Origin: an uncultured Acidobacteriota bacterium
GTDB lineage: Bacteria > Acidobacteriota > UBA6911
DNA length: 60,452 bases
Reading direction: 5' to 3'
Assembly: GCA_964613495.1 (NCBI GenBank)
Contig: CAZTHE010000005.1
Span: 1 to 60,452 of the forward strand
Shown: positions 1 to 8,703 of the stretch, piece after piece
Numbering within the stretch: the first letter of the stretch is position 1
Layout of the letters: every line of letters begins with the position of its first letter
Made by a program: the position numbers and the translations under genes
The notes under the pieces: generated by a model
The model's database searches: none
Told to the model about the DNA's origin: nothing
What the model saw: only the letters and a program-made list of their open reading frames with translations

Positions 1-264
1 TCCGATGATCCAGTTCTGGACGAGCGAGAGTCCCAGGACCTTGGTGTTGCGGAACACCGGTCCCATCTCCTCGTAGCGGACCTTCGCCAGCGGCGGGTAC
101 ATCATCAGGATGAGCCCGATGGCGATGGGGACCGACGTCGTCCCAACGTTGAACCGGTTCAGGAACGGAACGATGCCGGGGAAGAGGTAGCCCGCACCGA
201 CGCCCACGGCCATGGCGAGGAAAATCCAGAGAGTCAGGTAGCGGTCCAGGAAGGACAGCCTCAT
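1..264 (-). CDS. acr3: ACR3-family arsenite efflux permease, N-terminal 88 codons (gene continues past the left edge)
   Basis: Not in the ORF track (edge). Reverse strand from ATG at 262-264 reads [68 protein letters not shown], the conserved ACR3 N-terminus. Lies directly downstream of arsR. Confidence 0.85.
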   Translation of the reverse strand, partial: MRLSFLDRYLTLWIFLAMAVGVGAGYLFPGIVPFLNRFNVGTTSVPIAIGLILMMYPPLAKVRYEEMGPVFRNTKVLGLSLVQNWIIG

Positions 265-302
265 CGCAACCCCCGCCCCGTGGGCGGCGGAGTCCATGGA
301 AC

Positions 303-734
303 TCATCGGGCGCCTCCCGAAATGGCGTCGGACGGAATTCGGGTCCGAACGGCCCGGACGTCGCGCGCGGAATCGCCATTCGAGGCGCAGAAACCGCTCC
401 GCTTCTTCTCCCTCCGCCACGCGTCGAGCCTGGCGAGCAGATGCCCGGCATCCGCGCGTCTCGAAAGGTTTGCCTTGAGCAGCTTCAGGTGCGCGCGCGA
501 GAGATCGTCCTCGACCCTGCGGAGCGAATAGTAGGACCACAGGCCTTCCTTCCGGTCCGTCGCCAGCCCCGCGTTGCGCAGCGCGGCCAGGTGCCGCGAC
601 GCCTTGGACTGGGTGATTCCCAGCACTTCCATGAAATCGCAGACGCAGAGTTCGCGGTTGTTGAACAGCAGCCACAGCATCTTCAGCCGCGCTTCGTCGG
701 AAAGGACCTTGAAGAACCGCGCCGCGTCTTTCAT
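303..734 (-). CDS. arsR: ArsR/SmtB-family metalloregulator
   Basis: 143-aa ORF. ELCVCDF Cys pair followed by winged-helix [16 protein letters not shown]. Upstream of acr3. Confidence 0.85.
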   Translation of the reverse strand: MKDAARFFKVLSDEARLKMLWLLFNNRELCVCDFMEVLGITQSKASRHLAALRNAGLATDRKEGLWSYYSLRRVEDDLSRAHLKLLKANLSRRADAGHLLARLDAWRREKKRSGFCASNGDSARDVRAVRTRIPSDAISGGAR

Positions 735-743
735 AAAAACCTC

Positions 744-767
744 CCGGATATATATTCATATATCCGG
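744..767. promoter_or_regulatory. Perfect palindrome CCGGATATAT-ATTC-ATATATCCGG, candidate ArsR operator
   Basis: 10-4-10 inverted repeat 10 nt upstream of the arsR start. Extra half-sites CGGATATAG (773-781) and GATATCCGG (914-922). Confidence 0.5.
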
Positions 768-964
768 TTAAACGGATATAGTCAAGAGGGATGTTGACGA
801 TCACCGAAGACCTAATTCACACACGCGCTTAGGTTTAGACTGCCGCATCCGGGGCGGCGGTTCGGCAGTCTTGCCTTTTCGTGTTATTCTGAATACGGTC
901 CGGGTGTTTGCGTGATATCCGGTTTCCGTTGAGGGCGCCCGGCCCCTCCTGGAGGACCCTTGAG

Positions 965-1414
965 ATGATCCGAAAATCCTGCTCGAAATATGTTCTGATT
1001 CTCGCGATGGCCGCGGCCATTGCCTGCCCGGCGCCGGACGCCGCGGCGCAACAGACGGCCGCGCCGCAGTCCGGGGCGCACAAGGTGATCGCCTATTACT
1101 TCCACACCAACGCCCGTTGCAGCACCTGCATGAAGATCGAGGCCTATTCCAAAGAGGCCATCGAACAGGGCTTCGCCGGGGAACTGAAAAGCGGGAAGCT
1201 GGAAATGCGGATCATCAACTATGAAAAGCCCGAAAACCGGCATTTCATGCAGGACTACAAACTGGTCTCCAAGTCGCTCGTCCTGGTAAACACCGTCAAC
1301 GGCAAGCAGACCGAATGGACCAACCTGAAAATGGTCTGGCAGCTGACGAAGCGGAAGGACGCCTTTCTCAACTACGTTCGCCGGGAGGTCCGGAGCTACC
1401 TGGCCAAAGGTTAG
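965..1414 (+). CDS. Secreted thioredoxin-like CxxC protein (ArsF-like family)
   Basis: Start taken at MIRKSCSKYVLILAMAAAIACPAPDAAAQQ (signal peptide). CSTC motif in YYFHTNARCSTCMKIE. Paired with the CcdA-like membrane protein. Confidence 0.6.
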   Translation: MIRKSCSKYVLILAMAAAIACPAPDAAAQQTAAPQSGAHKVIAYYFHTNARCSTCMKIEAYSKEAIEQGFAGELKSGKLEMRIINYEKPENRHFMQDYKLVSKSLVLVNTVNGKQTEWTNLKMVWQLTKRKDAFLNYVRREVRSYLAKG

Positions 1415-1419
1415 GGCGG

Positions 1420-2103
1420 ATGCAAAACCTGTCCCTGGATATCTTCTCCGCCTTCTGGCTCGGGATCCTGACCTCCATCAGCCCGTGCCCCCTGGCCACC
1501 AACATCGCGGCCGTGTCCTTCATCTCGAGGAACCTGGGCTCCTCCTCGAAGGTATTGTGGAGCGGCGTGCTGTACGCCGCGGGCCGCATGCTGGCCTATG
1601 TCGTGATCGCCGTCCTGGCGGTGGCCAGCCTTCTCTCCCTGCCGGAGGTGTCCTTCTTCCTTGAAAGGAACATGCACAAGGTCATCGGGCCGCTCCTGAT
1701 CGTCGTGGGCATCCTCCTGCTGGACGTGCTCCCGATTTCGTTTTCGACCTCGCCGGGCGGCGGTTCGATGCAGGCCCGGGCCGCAAAATGGGGTTTGTGG
1801 GGATCGGGGCTCCTGGGAATCATTTTCGCGCTGACCTTCTGCCCGCTGTCCGCCGCGCTTTTTTTCGGCAGCCTGATCCCGCTGGCCGTCGACGGGAAGT
1901 CCGCGGTCCTGATGCCGTCGGTCTATGGTGTCGGCACCGCGCTCCCGGTCGTCGCCTTCGCGTTCGTCATGGTGTTCAGCGTGAAGTCGATCGGGAAAAT
2001 ATTCGACAGGCTGACCCAGATCGAAAAATGGATGCGGAAAGGGACCGCCGTGGTTTTCATCGGCGCCGGCCTCTACATCCTGGCCAAAAACATCCTGGGA
2101 TAA
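1420..2103 (+). CDS. CcdA/DsbD-type thiol-disulfide membrane protein (ArsG-like family)
   Basis: Start at MQNLSLDIFSAF (ATG 1420). Multi-TM protein with the two membrane Cys motifs, SPCPLATN and FCPLSAALF. Confidence 0.7.
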   Translation: MQNLSLDIFSAFWLGILTSISPCPLATNIAAVSFISRNLGSSSKVLWSGVLYAAGRMLAYVVIAVLAVASLLSLPEVSFFLERNMHKVIGPLLIVVGILLLDVLPISFSTSPGGGSMQARAAKWGLWGSGLLGIIFALTFCPLSAALFFGSLIPLAVDGKSAVLMPSVYGVGTALPVVAFAFVMVFSVKSIGKIFDRLTQIEKWMRKGTAVVFIGAGLYILAKNILG

Positions 2104-2112
2104 GGAGACGCA

Positions 2113-2940
2113 ATGGCAGAAAAGAAAGTGGTGCGGGTGGTGCGCGGTCAGCGGACCGTGGACGGGGCGGGGGTGAACCTGGTGCGCGTCCTGGGACGGG
2201 AGACCGTACGGGACTTCGATCCGTTCCTGATGCTGGATTCCTTCGACAGCCTGAATCCCGCCGATTACGTGAAGGGATTCCCGCTGCACCCGCACCGCGG
2301 GATCGAGACGGTGACCTACCTGGTCCGGGGCGAGATCATCCATAAAGACAGCCTGGGAAACGCGGGCGTCATCCGCGACGGGGGAACCCAGTGGATGACG
2401 GCGGGATCCGGCATCCTGCACGAAGAAATGCCGCAGGCTTCGGAGCGCATGCTGGGAATTCAGCTCTGGCTCAACCTGCCGCGGAAGGAGAAGATGACGG
2501 AACCCAAATACTTCGACATTCGAAAACAGGATACTCGCGAAATCCAGAGAGAAGATCACGCCCTGAGGATCATCGCCGGAAGCTGGGAAGGGGAGGAAGG
2601 CGCAAGGCCGCATCACATCCAGGCGACCCTGATGGAATTCCTGCTGGAGGAGGGCAAGGAGCTGCGCATCCCGGCAAGATCCGGCGAAAACAGCTTCGTC
2701 TTCCTGCTCGAGGGGGACGCCGTGATCGCGGGCGCGCGCTATGAAGAGAAATCGGCGATCCTGTTCGGCGAGGGCGATGTGGTCCGGATCTCGGCCGGGG
2801 ACAGGCCCGTCCGGTTCGTTTTTGCGCAGGGACCCCCGCTGCGGGAACCGGTCGCCTGGGGCGGACCCATCGTGATGAACACGCAGCAGGAACTGCAACA
2901 GGCGTTTGCCGAGCTGCGCTCCGGGAATTTCATCAAATAG
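2113..2940 (+). CDS. Pirin family protein
   Basis: 275 aa. RTVDGAGVNLVRVLG ... FPLHPHRGIETVTYL cupin metal motif. Full bicupin length. Confidence 0.9.
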   Translation: MAEKKVVRVVRGQRTVDGAGVNLVRVLGRETVRDFDPFLMLDSFDSLNPADYVKGFPLHPHRGIETVTYLVRGEIIHKDSLGNAGVIRDGGTQWMTAGSGILHEEMPQASERMLGIQLWLNLPRKEKMTEPKYFDIRKQDTREIQREDHALRIIAGSWEGEEGARPHHIQATLMEFLLEEGKELRIPARSGENSFVFLLEGDAVIAGARYEEKSAILFGEGDVVRISAGDRPVRFVFAQGPPLREPVAWGGPIVMNTQQELQQAFAELRSGNFIK

Positions 2941-2962
2941 GTCGGGGGCGCCCCCGATTTTC

Positions 2963-3385
2963 TCACTCCGGATCGAGAACCTGCAGCAGCCGGTGCACCC
3001 GCGCGCGGACCTCCTCCACGGTCCGGGTGAGTTCCCGCGCCGCCGCCGCATCCATTTCGCCGTAGCCCCGCATCTTGTGCGGGTAGAGATCCTCGAGCGT
3101 GATGTCGAGCGAAGTCAGATTTGTTTTCAAAATCCAGCTCAGGGGCGCGGACGGCTCCGGCAGATCGATCTGAAACCGCTCCAGGAAGCCGTGCAGCTGC
3201 TCGCGCACCCCGCCGATGCTTTCTTCGATGCGCACGACCTGCGCCGGGGACATATCCGGAACGTTTCGGGGCCTGGGATCGGATCTGGAGCGGGCGAGAA
3301 GGTGCAGGCTCTGGCTCAGCACATCGTCGATGCGCCTGAAGGCGACCAGAATCCTGCGCTTCTGGTTTTCGTTGAGCTCCACCAT
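2963..3385 (-). CDS. Hypothetical protein
   Basis: ORF 2963..3433. Start placed at MVELNENQKRRIL. Helical and charged, with coding-like composition. No family recognised. Confidence 0.45.
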   Translation of the reverse strand: MVELNENQKRRILVAFRRIDDVLSQSLHLLARSRSDPRPRNVPDMSPAQVVRIEESIGGVREQLHGFLERFQIDLPEPSAPLSWILKTNLTSLDITLEDLYPHKMRGYGEMDAAAARELTRTVEEVRARVHRLLQVLDPE

Positions 3386-3439
3386 GCGAACGCTCCGTCC
3401 AAAAGTCAGAAAGAGGGCGACCCTCCCGGGCACTGCCGG

Positions 3440-3988
3440 TCAGGGCTGCATCTCCGGCCAGAACGCCGCCGGTTTCCCGGACCAGACCCACGCGATGAAA
3501 TCGACGAGGGGCGGCGCGACATTCAGCTCTCGCAGCCTGGTGTTCACCTGTCCCCGGTGATGCATGCTGTGCAGGACGACCTGAAACAGCGTTTCGCCCA
3601 GGTTCGGGATCGCGGGATTCCTGCCGAGGCTCGCCGCCAGCATCCGCTCCCAGGGCAGCATCACGGGACGGGCCAGGGCGTCCTCGGTCACACCCTCGAG
3701 AAATTGCCGGATTTCGCGGTGGCCGTCGCGCCCCCATTCCATCAGCTCCCTGCCCTGCAATTCGGTGCCGCGGTTGAACCACGCCTCGATATGCGACTCA
3801 TCCCCCTCGGTGAACTCTCCCCGCCAAACGGCCAGGAAGCTGCGCTGCACGAGATGGATATGGTGCAGCCTGGCCCGGACGGCGTCGTCGAAGCGGGACG
3901 CCTCGGACATGAAGACCGCCTGCCAGACCAGCGCATCCGCGCACTCCATGTGTTGAAACTGATCCTGAACGGCAAAAAGAAGACTCAT
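3440..3988 (-). CDS. DinB-family (four-helix metal-binding) protein
   Basis: Start at MSLLFAVQDQF. LHHIHLVQ and HSMHHRGQ motifs typical of the DinB/YfiT fold. Confidence 0.8.
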   Translation of the reverse strand: MSLLFAVQDQFQHMECADALVWQAVFMSEASRFDDAVRARLHHIHLVQRSFLAVWRGEFTEGDESHIEAWFNRGTELQGRELMEWGRDGHREIRQFLEGVTEDALARPVMLPWERMLAASLGRNPAIPNLGETLFQVVLHSMHHRGQVNTRLRELNVAPPLVDFIAWVWSGKPAAFWPEMQP

Positions 3989-4159
3989 GCGCACTCCCCC
4001 CATGATTACGGACCCGGCAGCGGAATCCCCTGTCAATATGCCGTCTTTCTCCGCCGAAATCCAAAGTTATTTGACGGCGCCCCACGGGTCGCCGCCGTGA
4101 AATATTTTCGCCGGGAATTGTCTAGGCGCGACGCCGGGTTTTGGTCATAATGGTCGGCC

Positions 4160-4354
4160 ATGAACGGCCGGATACGAGCGCAGATACAACCGGGGATGAA
4201 GGTCCGCGTCGTGGAGAAGCAGAACCAGCGGAGCGGGAAGCTTACGGAAGGCACCGTCCAGAGAATCCTCACCAAATCTCCGGATCATCCCCACGGAATC
4301 AAGGTAATGCTCGACAACGGAATCGTCGGACGCGTCAAGGAAATCCTCGGATAG
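4160..4354 (+). CDS. ywbE: YwbE-family small protein (DUF2196)
   Basis: 64 aa. MNGRIRAQIQPGMKVRVVEKQNQRSGKLTEGTVQRILTKSPDHPHGIKV closely matches my recollection of B. subtilis YwbE. Confidence 0.8.
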   Translation: MNGRIRAQIQPGMKVRVVEKQNQRSGKLTEGTVQRILTKSPDHPHGIKVMLDNGIVGRVKEILG

Positions 4355-4473
4355 ACCGGGGCGGCAGCGCGCCCGCCGGATTCGGGGTTCCGGAGCCCGG
4401 CCGTGGCACGGCATCCCCGGGCGGCGAGAGGCCCGAAGACGCCGCCGCGGGACTGCGTTCGGAAAGGAGCACG

Positions 4474-5031
4474 ATGCGAATCGCACAAGACAAACGGACG
4501 AAGCCGCCGTCCATCCACAACTGGAAGACCACCGACGAGGAAGAAATCGCCCGGCGGCGTTTCCGGGCCCAAACGGAACCGCTGCGGGTGCGCAACCTCG
4601 ATGCGCGCTCGCCGATTTTCTCCAATTTCGCCGTGAAGTCGGAGAGCGGGCTGACCTATACCGTGGAGATCCGCAGCGTTTCGCGCCGGCGTTTTTCCTG
4701 CAACTGCGTCGACTTTCGCATCAACGCCCTCGGCACCTGCAAGCACGTCGAGGCGGTGCTCCTTTACCTGGAGGCTCGCTGCCGGAGACCTTTCGCGCAG
4801 GCGCAAAACTCCGCCCCGGGGCGGCTGGACATCGTGCCCGACATCGCGTCGGGCGCGCTGCGCATCGAGGAATACGGCCGGCGTCTGCCCGCGGCCCTCG
4901 CACGCGTCGTGGACCCGAACGGCCTCATCCGCATCGAGGACCCGGAAGAGGCCCTGGAGTACCTGCGGAACGCCCGGATCCGCTCGCTGGCGGCGCGAAC
5001 AGGAAAGGAAGAACGCGCTCCGCGGGTATGA
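4474..5031 (+). CDS. SWIM zinc-finger protein, probable N-terminal part of the downstream SNF2 helicase
   Basis: ATG 4474 preceded by GGAAAGGAG. CNCVDFRINALGTCKHVEAV gives the CxC...CxH SWIM signature. Frame ends 8 nt before the SNF2 ORF. Confidence 0.75.
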   Translation: MRIAQDKRTKPPSIHNWKTTDEEEIARRRFRAQTEPLRVRNLDARSPIFSNFAVKSESGLTYTVEIRSVSRRRFSCNCVDFRINALGTCKHVEAVLLYLEARCRRPFAQAQNSAPGRLDIVPDIASGALRIEEYGRRLPAALARVVDPNGLIRIEDPEEALEYLRNARIRSLAARTGKEERAPRV

Positions 5032-5038
5032 GCAGAAA

Positions 5039-7180
5039 GTGCAGTCCGGGGAATGGCCGTCGCAGGAGACCCGGGTCCCCCTGTACCCGTATCAGCGCGA
5101 GGGCATGCTGCACCTGGCCTTCAGGGAACGTGCCCTGCTTGCGGACGAAATGGGCCTGGGCAAGACCATCCAGGCGATCGCCGCGTGCCGGCTGCTCCGG
5201 CGCCTGGGGAAAGCGGAGCGCGTCCTCGTGGTGGCGCCCGCCTCGCTGAAGACCGAGTGGGAAGAACAGATCCAACGGTTCACGGACCTCCCCTATCAGC
5301 TCATCTACGGGCCGCGGGCGAAACGATTGCGGATGTACGCGGCGGCGCCGTTTTTCACCATCGTGAATTACGAGCAGATGATCGCGGACACGCTCGACGT
5401 CAACCGGCAGCTTCAGCCGGACATCGTCATCCTGGACGAGGCGCAGCGAATCAAGAATTGGGGCACCAAGACCGCTCAGGCGGTCAAGCGCCTGCAGAGC
5501 CGCTACGCCTTCGTGCTGACGGGCACGCCCGTCGAGAACCGCATCGACGACATTCATTCCATCATGTCGTTTCTCGACCCTTCGGTCCTGGGACCGCTGT
5601 TCCGTTTCAACCGCGAATTCTATGAGCTGGATGAGCGCGGGCGCCCGTCGGGTTACCGGAACCTGGGACAGCTGCACGAACGCATCCGTCCCTTCCTGCT
5701 CCGCCGCCGCAAGGCGGACGTCGAGGCGGAACTCCCGGCGCGAACGGATCAGAGGCACTTCGTTCCGCTCAGCCCCGGCCAGCAGAGCAACTACGCCTCG
5801 CACGAAATGCAGGTGGCGCGCCTGATGAGTGTCGCGCAAAAGCGCCCGTTGAACCAGCAGGAATCGGACAAGCTGCAGCGGGAACTGGCCATGATGCGCA
5901 TGATCTGCGACACGAACTACATCCTCGACAGCGAGGACCGGACCTGCCCCAAGCTCGCCGAGCTGGAGAAGATACTGGACGAGTGCCGCAGCAACGAGGG
6001 CACGAAAGTCATTGTCTTCTCCGAGTGGGCGCGCATGCTGGAGCTGGTGCGGGAGCTGTGCGACCGCCTGGGGATCGGCTACGCGGTGCATACCGGCGCC
6101 GTGCCGCAAAGGCGGCGGCGGGCCGAAATCCGGATGTTCAAGGACGATCCCGACTGCCGCGTGTTCCTCAGCACCGATTCCGGAGGCACCGGGCTGAACC
6201 TGCAGAGCGCCAGCGTCGTCGTCAACTGCGACCTGCCGTGGAACCCGGCCCGGCTCGAGCAGCGGATCGCGCGCGCCTGGCGCAAGCACCAGGTGCGGCC
6301 GGTCACGGTCATTCACCTGGTCTCCGAGCACACGATCGAACACCGCATGCTCGACACGCTGTCGAGCAAGCAGGCGCTCGCCGACGGCATCCTCGACCTG
6401 CGCGGCGACCTCGGCGCCATACGGTTCCGCGGCGGAAGGCAGGCGTTCCTTTCCAGGCTGGAACAGCTGATCGCGCCTTCCCCGAAACCCGCCGCGCCCG
6501 CTGCCGCCAGGAAGACGCTCCCCGCGGACCGCGGGCTCGGATTCAGCGACGCCGCCCGGGAGCTCCTCGGTTCATCCGTCGTCCGCTGCGAGGAGCGGTA
6601 TCCTGCCGAAGGGGCCCATTCCGTGATCGTGGTCGTGGTAGACAAAGACGCGCCGGCCCATCGGGAGAAGCTGTCCGAAACGTTCGAGGAGTATTTCGGC
6701 AGGGACGTTTCCGACCCGCTGGCCCCGGTCCGCCTCGAAGTGATCGACCGCGCCACCGATGAGGCGATGGCGCGCCTCGCGGCCGCGGGACTGATCGCCG
6801 CCAGCACCCGTGCCATACGGGACCTCGGCGGCAACGGCGGGGACGCGGCATCGGGAATAAGCGAGGCCGACCGCCTGGCTGCCCTGGGATACCGGCGCCA
6901 GGCGCAACGCAAGCTGAAGATGGCGGGACTGCTGGGCAGCGGCGGGCTCGCGGAGGAGGAGCGGGACGCCCTGCTTCAGGCGGCAGCCTTTTTATCCCGA
7001 GCGTTGAGCGTCGAAAACCGGATCGCGGAGCCCGGTTCACTCGAGGACGCGCTGCGCCCGCCGCACGCGCTCGGCTGGGGCGAGAGCCTTGGCGTCATCC
7101 GGGCCTATGTGTCCGATCCGTCTGCTCCGCCGGCTCCGGCATCTGCGGCGCTGCGCGCTTTGGCGGGACCAGGCAATTGA
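5039..7180 (+). CDS. SNF2/RAD54-family DEAD/DEAH-box helicase
   Basis: LYPYQREGMLHL, ADEMGLGKT (motif I), ILDEAQRIKN (motif II), and C-terminal helicase motifs LSTDSGGTGLNLQ and QRIARAWR. Confidence 0.9.
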   Translation: MQSGEWPSQETRVPLYPYQREGMLHLAFRERALLADEMGLGKTIQAIAACRLLRRLGKAERVLVVAPASLKTEWEEQIQRFTDLPYQLIYGPRAKRLRMYAAAPFFTIVNYEQMIADTLDVNRQLQPDIVILDEAQRIKNWGTKTAQAVKRLQSRYAFVLTGTPVENRIDDIHSIMSFLDPSVLGPLFRFNREFYELDERGRPSGYRNLGQLHERIRPFLLRRRKADVEAELPARTDQRHFVPLSPGQQSNYASHEMQVARLMSVAQKRPLNQQESDKLQRELAMMRMICDTNYILDSEDRTCPKLAELEKILDECRSNEGTKVIVFSEWARMLELVRELCDRLGIGYAVHTGAVPQRRRRAEIRMFKDDPDCRVFLSTDSGGTGLNLQSASVVVNCDLPWNPARLEQRIARAWRKHQVRPVTVIHLVSEHTIEHRMLDTLSSKQALADGILDLRGDLGAIRFRGGRQAFLSRLEQLIAPSPKPAAPAAARKTLPADRGLGFSDAARELLGSSVVRCEERYPAEGAHSVIVVVVDKDAPAHREKLSETFEEYFGRDVSDPLAPVRLEVIDRATDEAMARLAAAGLIAASTRAIRDLGGNGGDAASGISEADRLAALGYRRQAQRKLKMAGLLGSGGLAEEERDALLQAAAFLSRALSVENRIAEPGSLEDALRPPHALGWGESLGVIRAYVSDPSAPPAPASAALRALAGPGN

Positions 7181-7235
7181 TTCCAGATTCCTGATTCAAG
7201 ATTCCAGATCAGAGATCGATCACAATTCCAGATCC
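7179..7235. repeat. Heptanucleotide tandem array (GATTCCN)n starting inside the SNF2 stop codon
   Basis: GATTCCA GATTCCT GATTCAA GATTCCA GATCAGA GATCGAT, then a degenerate tail. Confidence 0.8.
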
Positions 7236-7629
7236 CGGAGCTGCGATCTATTTGAAGGAAACCTGGCCCTTGAACATGGGAGGCGGCTGCGGGTTCGCGG
7301 AGAGTGCCGGAGGCGGAGTCTTCGAGGGCTCCGCCTCCGGCAGAGGGGCCGGCATTGGGGGGGGTTAGTTGGGATAAAATCGTATCTGGACCAGCTTCGT
7401 CCCGGAATTGCTCAGGTCCCAGAGGTATTCGACAAAATCGGCGATGTTGAACACCCATGTCTCGTCATAGGAGTCGAGCGTAAATGCCTCCAAATCTGCC
7501 GGAGACCGGGGGTGTCAGGGCAGAACAAACCATAGGATATACCCGCCATGATAGGCGCATGCGCCCGCGCCGCAGTGACCTGCGTCACCGATTGAATAAA
7601 TGGGGACGCAGCCGAATTGAAGGAGGCGG

Positions 7630-8646
7630 CTAGGCGGCGCAGACGAAATCCCTGCCTTCGAGAAATCCCAGCGCGACCAATTCCGCGCGCGCCGTGTTCC
7701 TGGGGCCTTCGCGGGCGACCGAGACGATTATCGGCAGCGCTTCCACGCCGGGCAGGGACTCGGGCCGAATCACCGGCGCCCCGTGAATCCTTTTGCCGAT
7801 CCTCGACGGCTTGACTTCGACGATATGGGACGGGATTTTCCCCAGTTCCGCGAGCGCCCGCCGGAGGGACCGCCCGGTGCCGCCGTATCCGCAGAGAATA
7901 TAGCGGCTGCCGCCGGACAGAAACCCGGCCGCCAGGTAGTGCGCCTTGCACGCCACGAACCGGTCCAGCGCGTAGCGCCCGTCGGTTCGGGAGTGGCGGT
8001 CCGCGCGGTCCCGCCACCATAGCAGCCGCCTGGGCACGACGCCGATCCGCATGCCGGCGCCGAGTGCGCGCAGCACGAGGTCGTAATCCTCCGGCCACCC
8101 TCGGTCCGCATAGCCCAACGCGGCCACGTCCCGGCGCATCATCAGGGACGGATGGGCGACCGGGCACTCGACGAATGCGTCGCGCGCGACATCGTCCGGC
8201 GAGCGCAGGCTGTTGAGCCACGCCTCGTATTCCCGGAGCCTCCCCGAAAGCTCCGCACGCGGAAACAGCCGCACGTGACAGCCGACGGCCGAGAGCCCGG
8301 GATCCTGTTCGAATGCGTTCGCCTGGGCGGCCAACCGGTCCCGATGCATCAGGTCGTCCGCGTCCATACGCGCGACGAGGGGAGCGCGGCAGCGGCAAAG
8401 GCCCTCGTTGAGCGCGTCGATCAGACCCGCCCCCGACGCCGGGACGACGCGAAGGCGGTCATCCCTGCCGGCGTGCGCGGAGGCGATGCCGCGCGTGCCG
8501 TCCGTAGAACCGTCGTCGACGAGAATGCACTCCCAGTCGGGGAGCGTCTGGCGCGAGATGCTCTCGAGGCACGCGCTCAGTGTAGCGGATGCATTTCGCG
8601 CGGGGAGCAGAATGGAAACGCGGGGAGCCGTCGGTCGTTCGCACAT
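7630..8646 (-). CDS. Family 2 glycosyltransferase with a C-terminal extension
   Basis: SILLPARNASATLSACLESISRQTLPDWECILVDDGSTDGT is the GT2 N-terminal signature. Start at MCERP (an alternative start is 8667). Confidence 0.85.
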   Translation of the reverse strand: MCERPTAPRVSILLPARNASATLSACLESISRQTLPDWECILVDDGSTDGTRGIASAHAGRDDRLRVVPASGAGLIDALNEGLCRCRAPLVARMDADDLMHRDRLAAQANAFEQDPGLSAVGCHVRLFPRAELSGRLREYEAWLNSLRSPDDVARDAFVECPVAHPSLMMRRDVAALGYADRGWPEDYDLVLRALGAGMRIGVVPRRLLWWRDRADRHSRTDGRYALDRFVACKAHYLAAGFLSGGSRYILCGYGGTGRSLRRALAELGKIPSHIVEVKPSRIGKRIHGAPVIRPESLPGVEALPIIVSVAREGPRNTARAELVALGFLEGRDFVCAA

Positions 8647-8703
8647 GCTTCGGCCCTTCCATGCCACGGATGTCGCGAATCCCGCCCGCTGCTCGACGGG
8701 CCG

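Noticed and set aside
1411-3051. A 546-aa minus-strand ORF, plus many similar ORFs (e.g. 4925-6343, 7412-8398, 9334-11211, 15303-16751, 18112-19377, 20984-22426, 55241-56968, 56931-58508, 58863-60044)
   Set aside because: All lie opposite genes with clear family motifs. All have Arg/Gly/Pro/Ala-rich composition typical of antisense frames in high-GC DNA.
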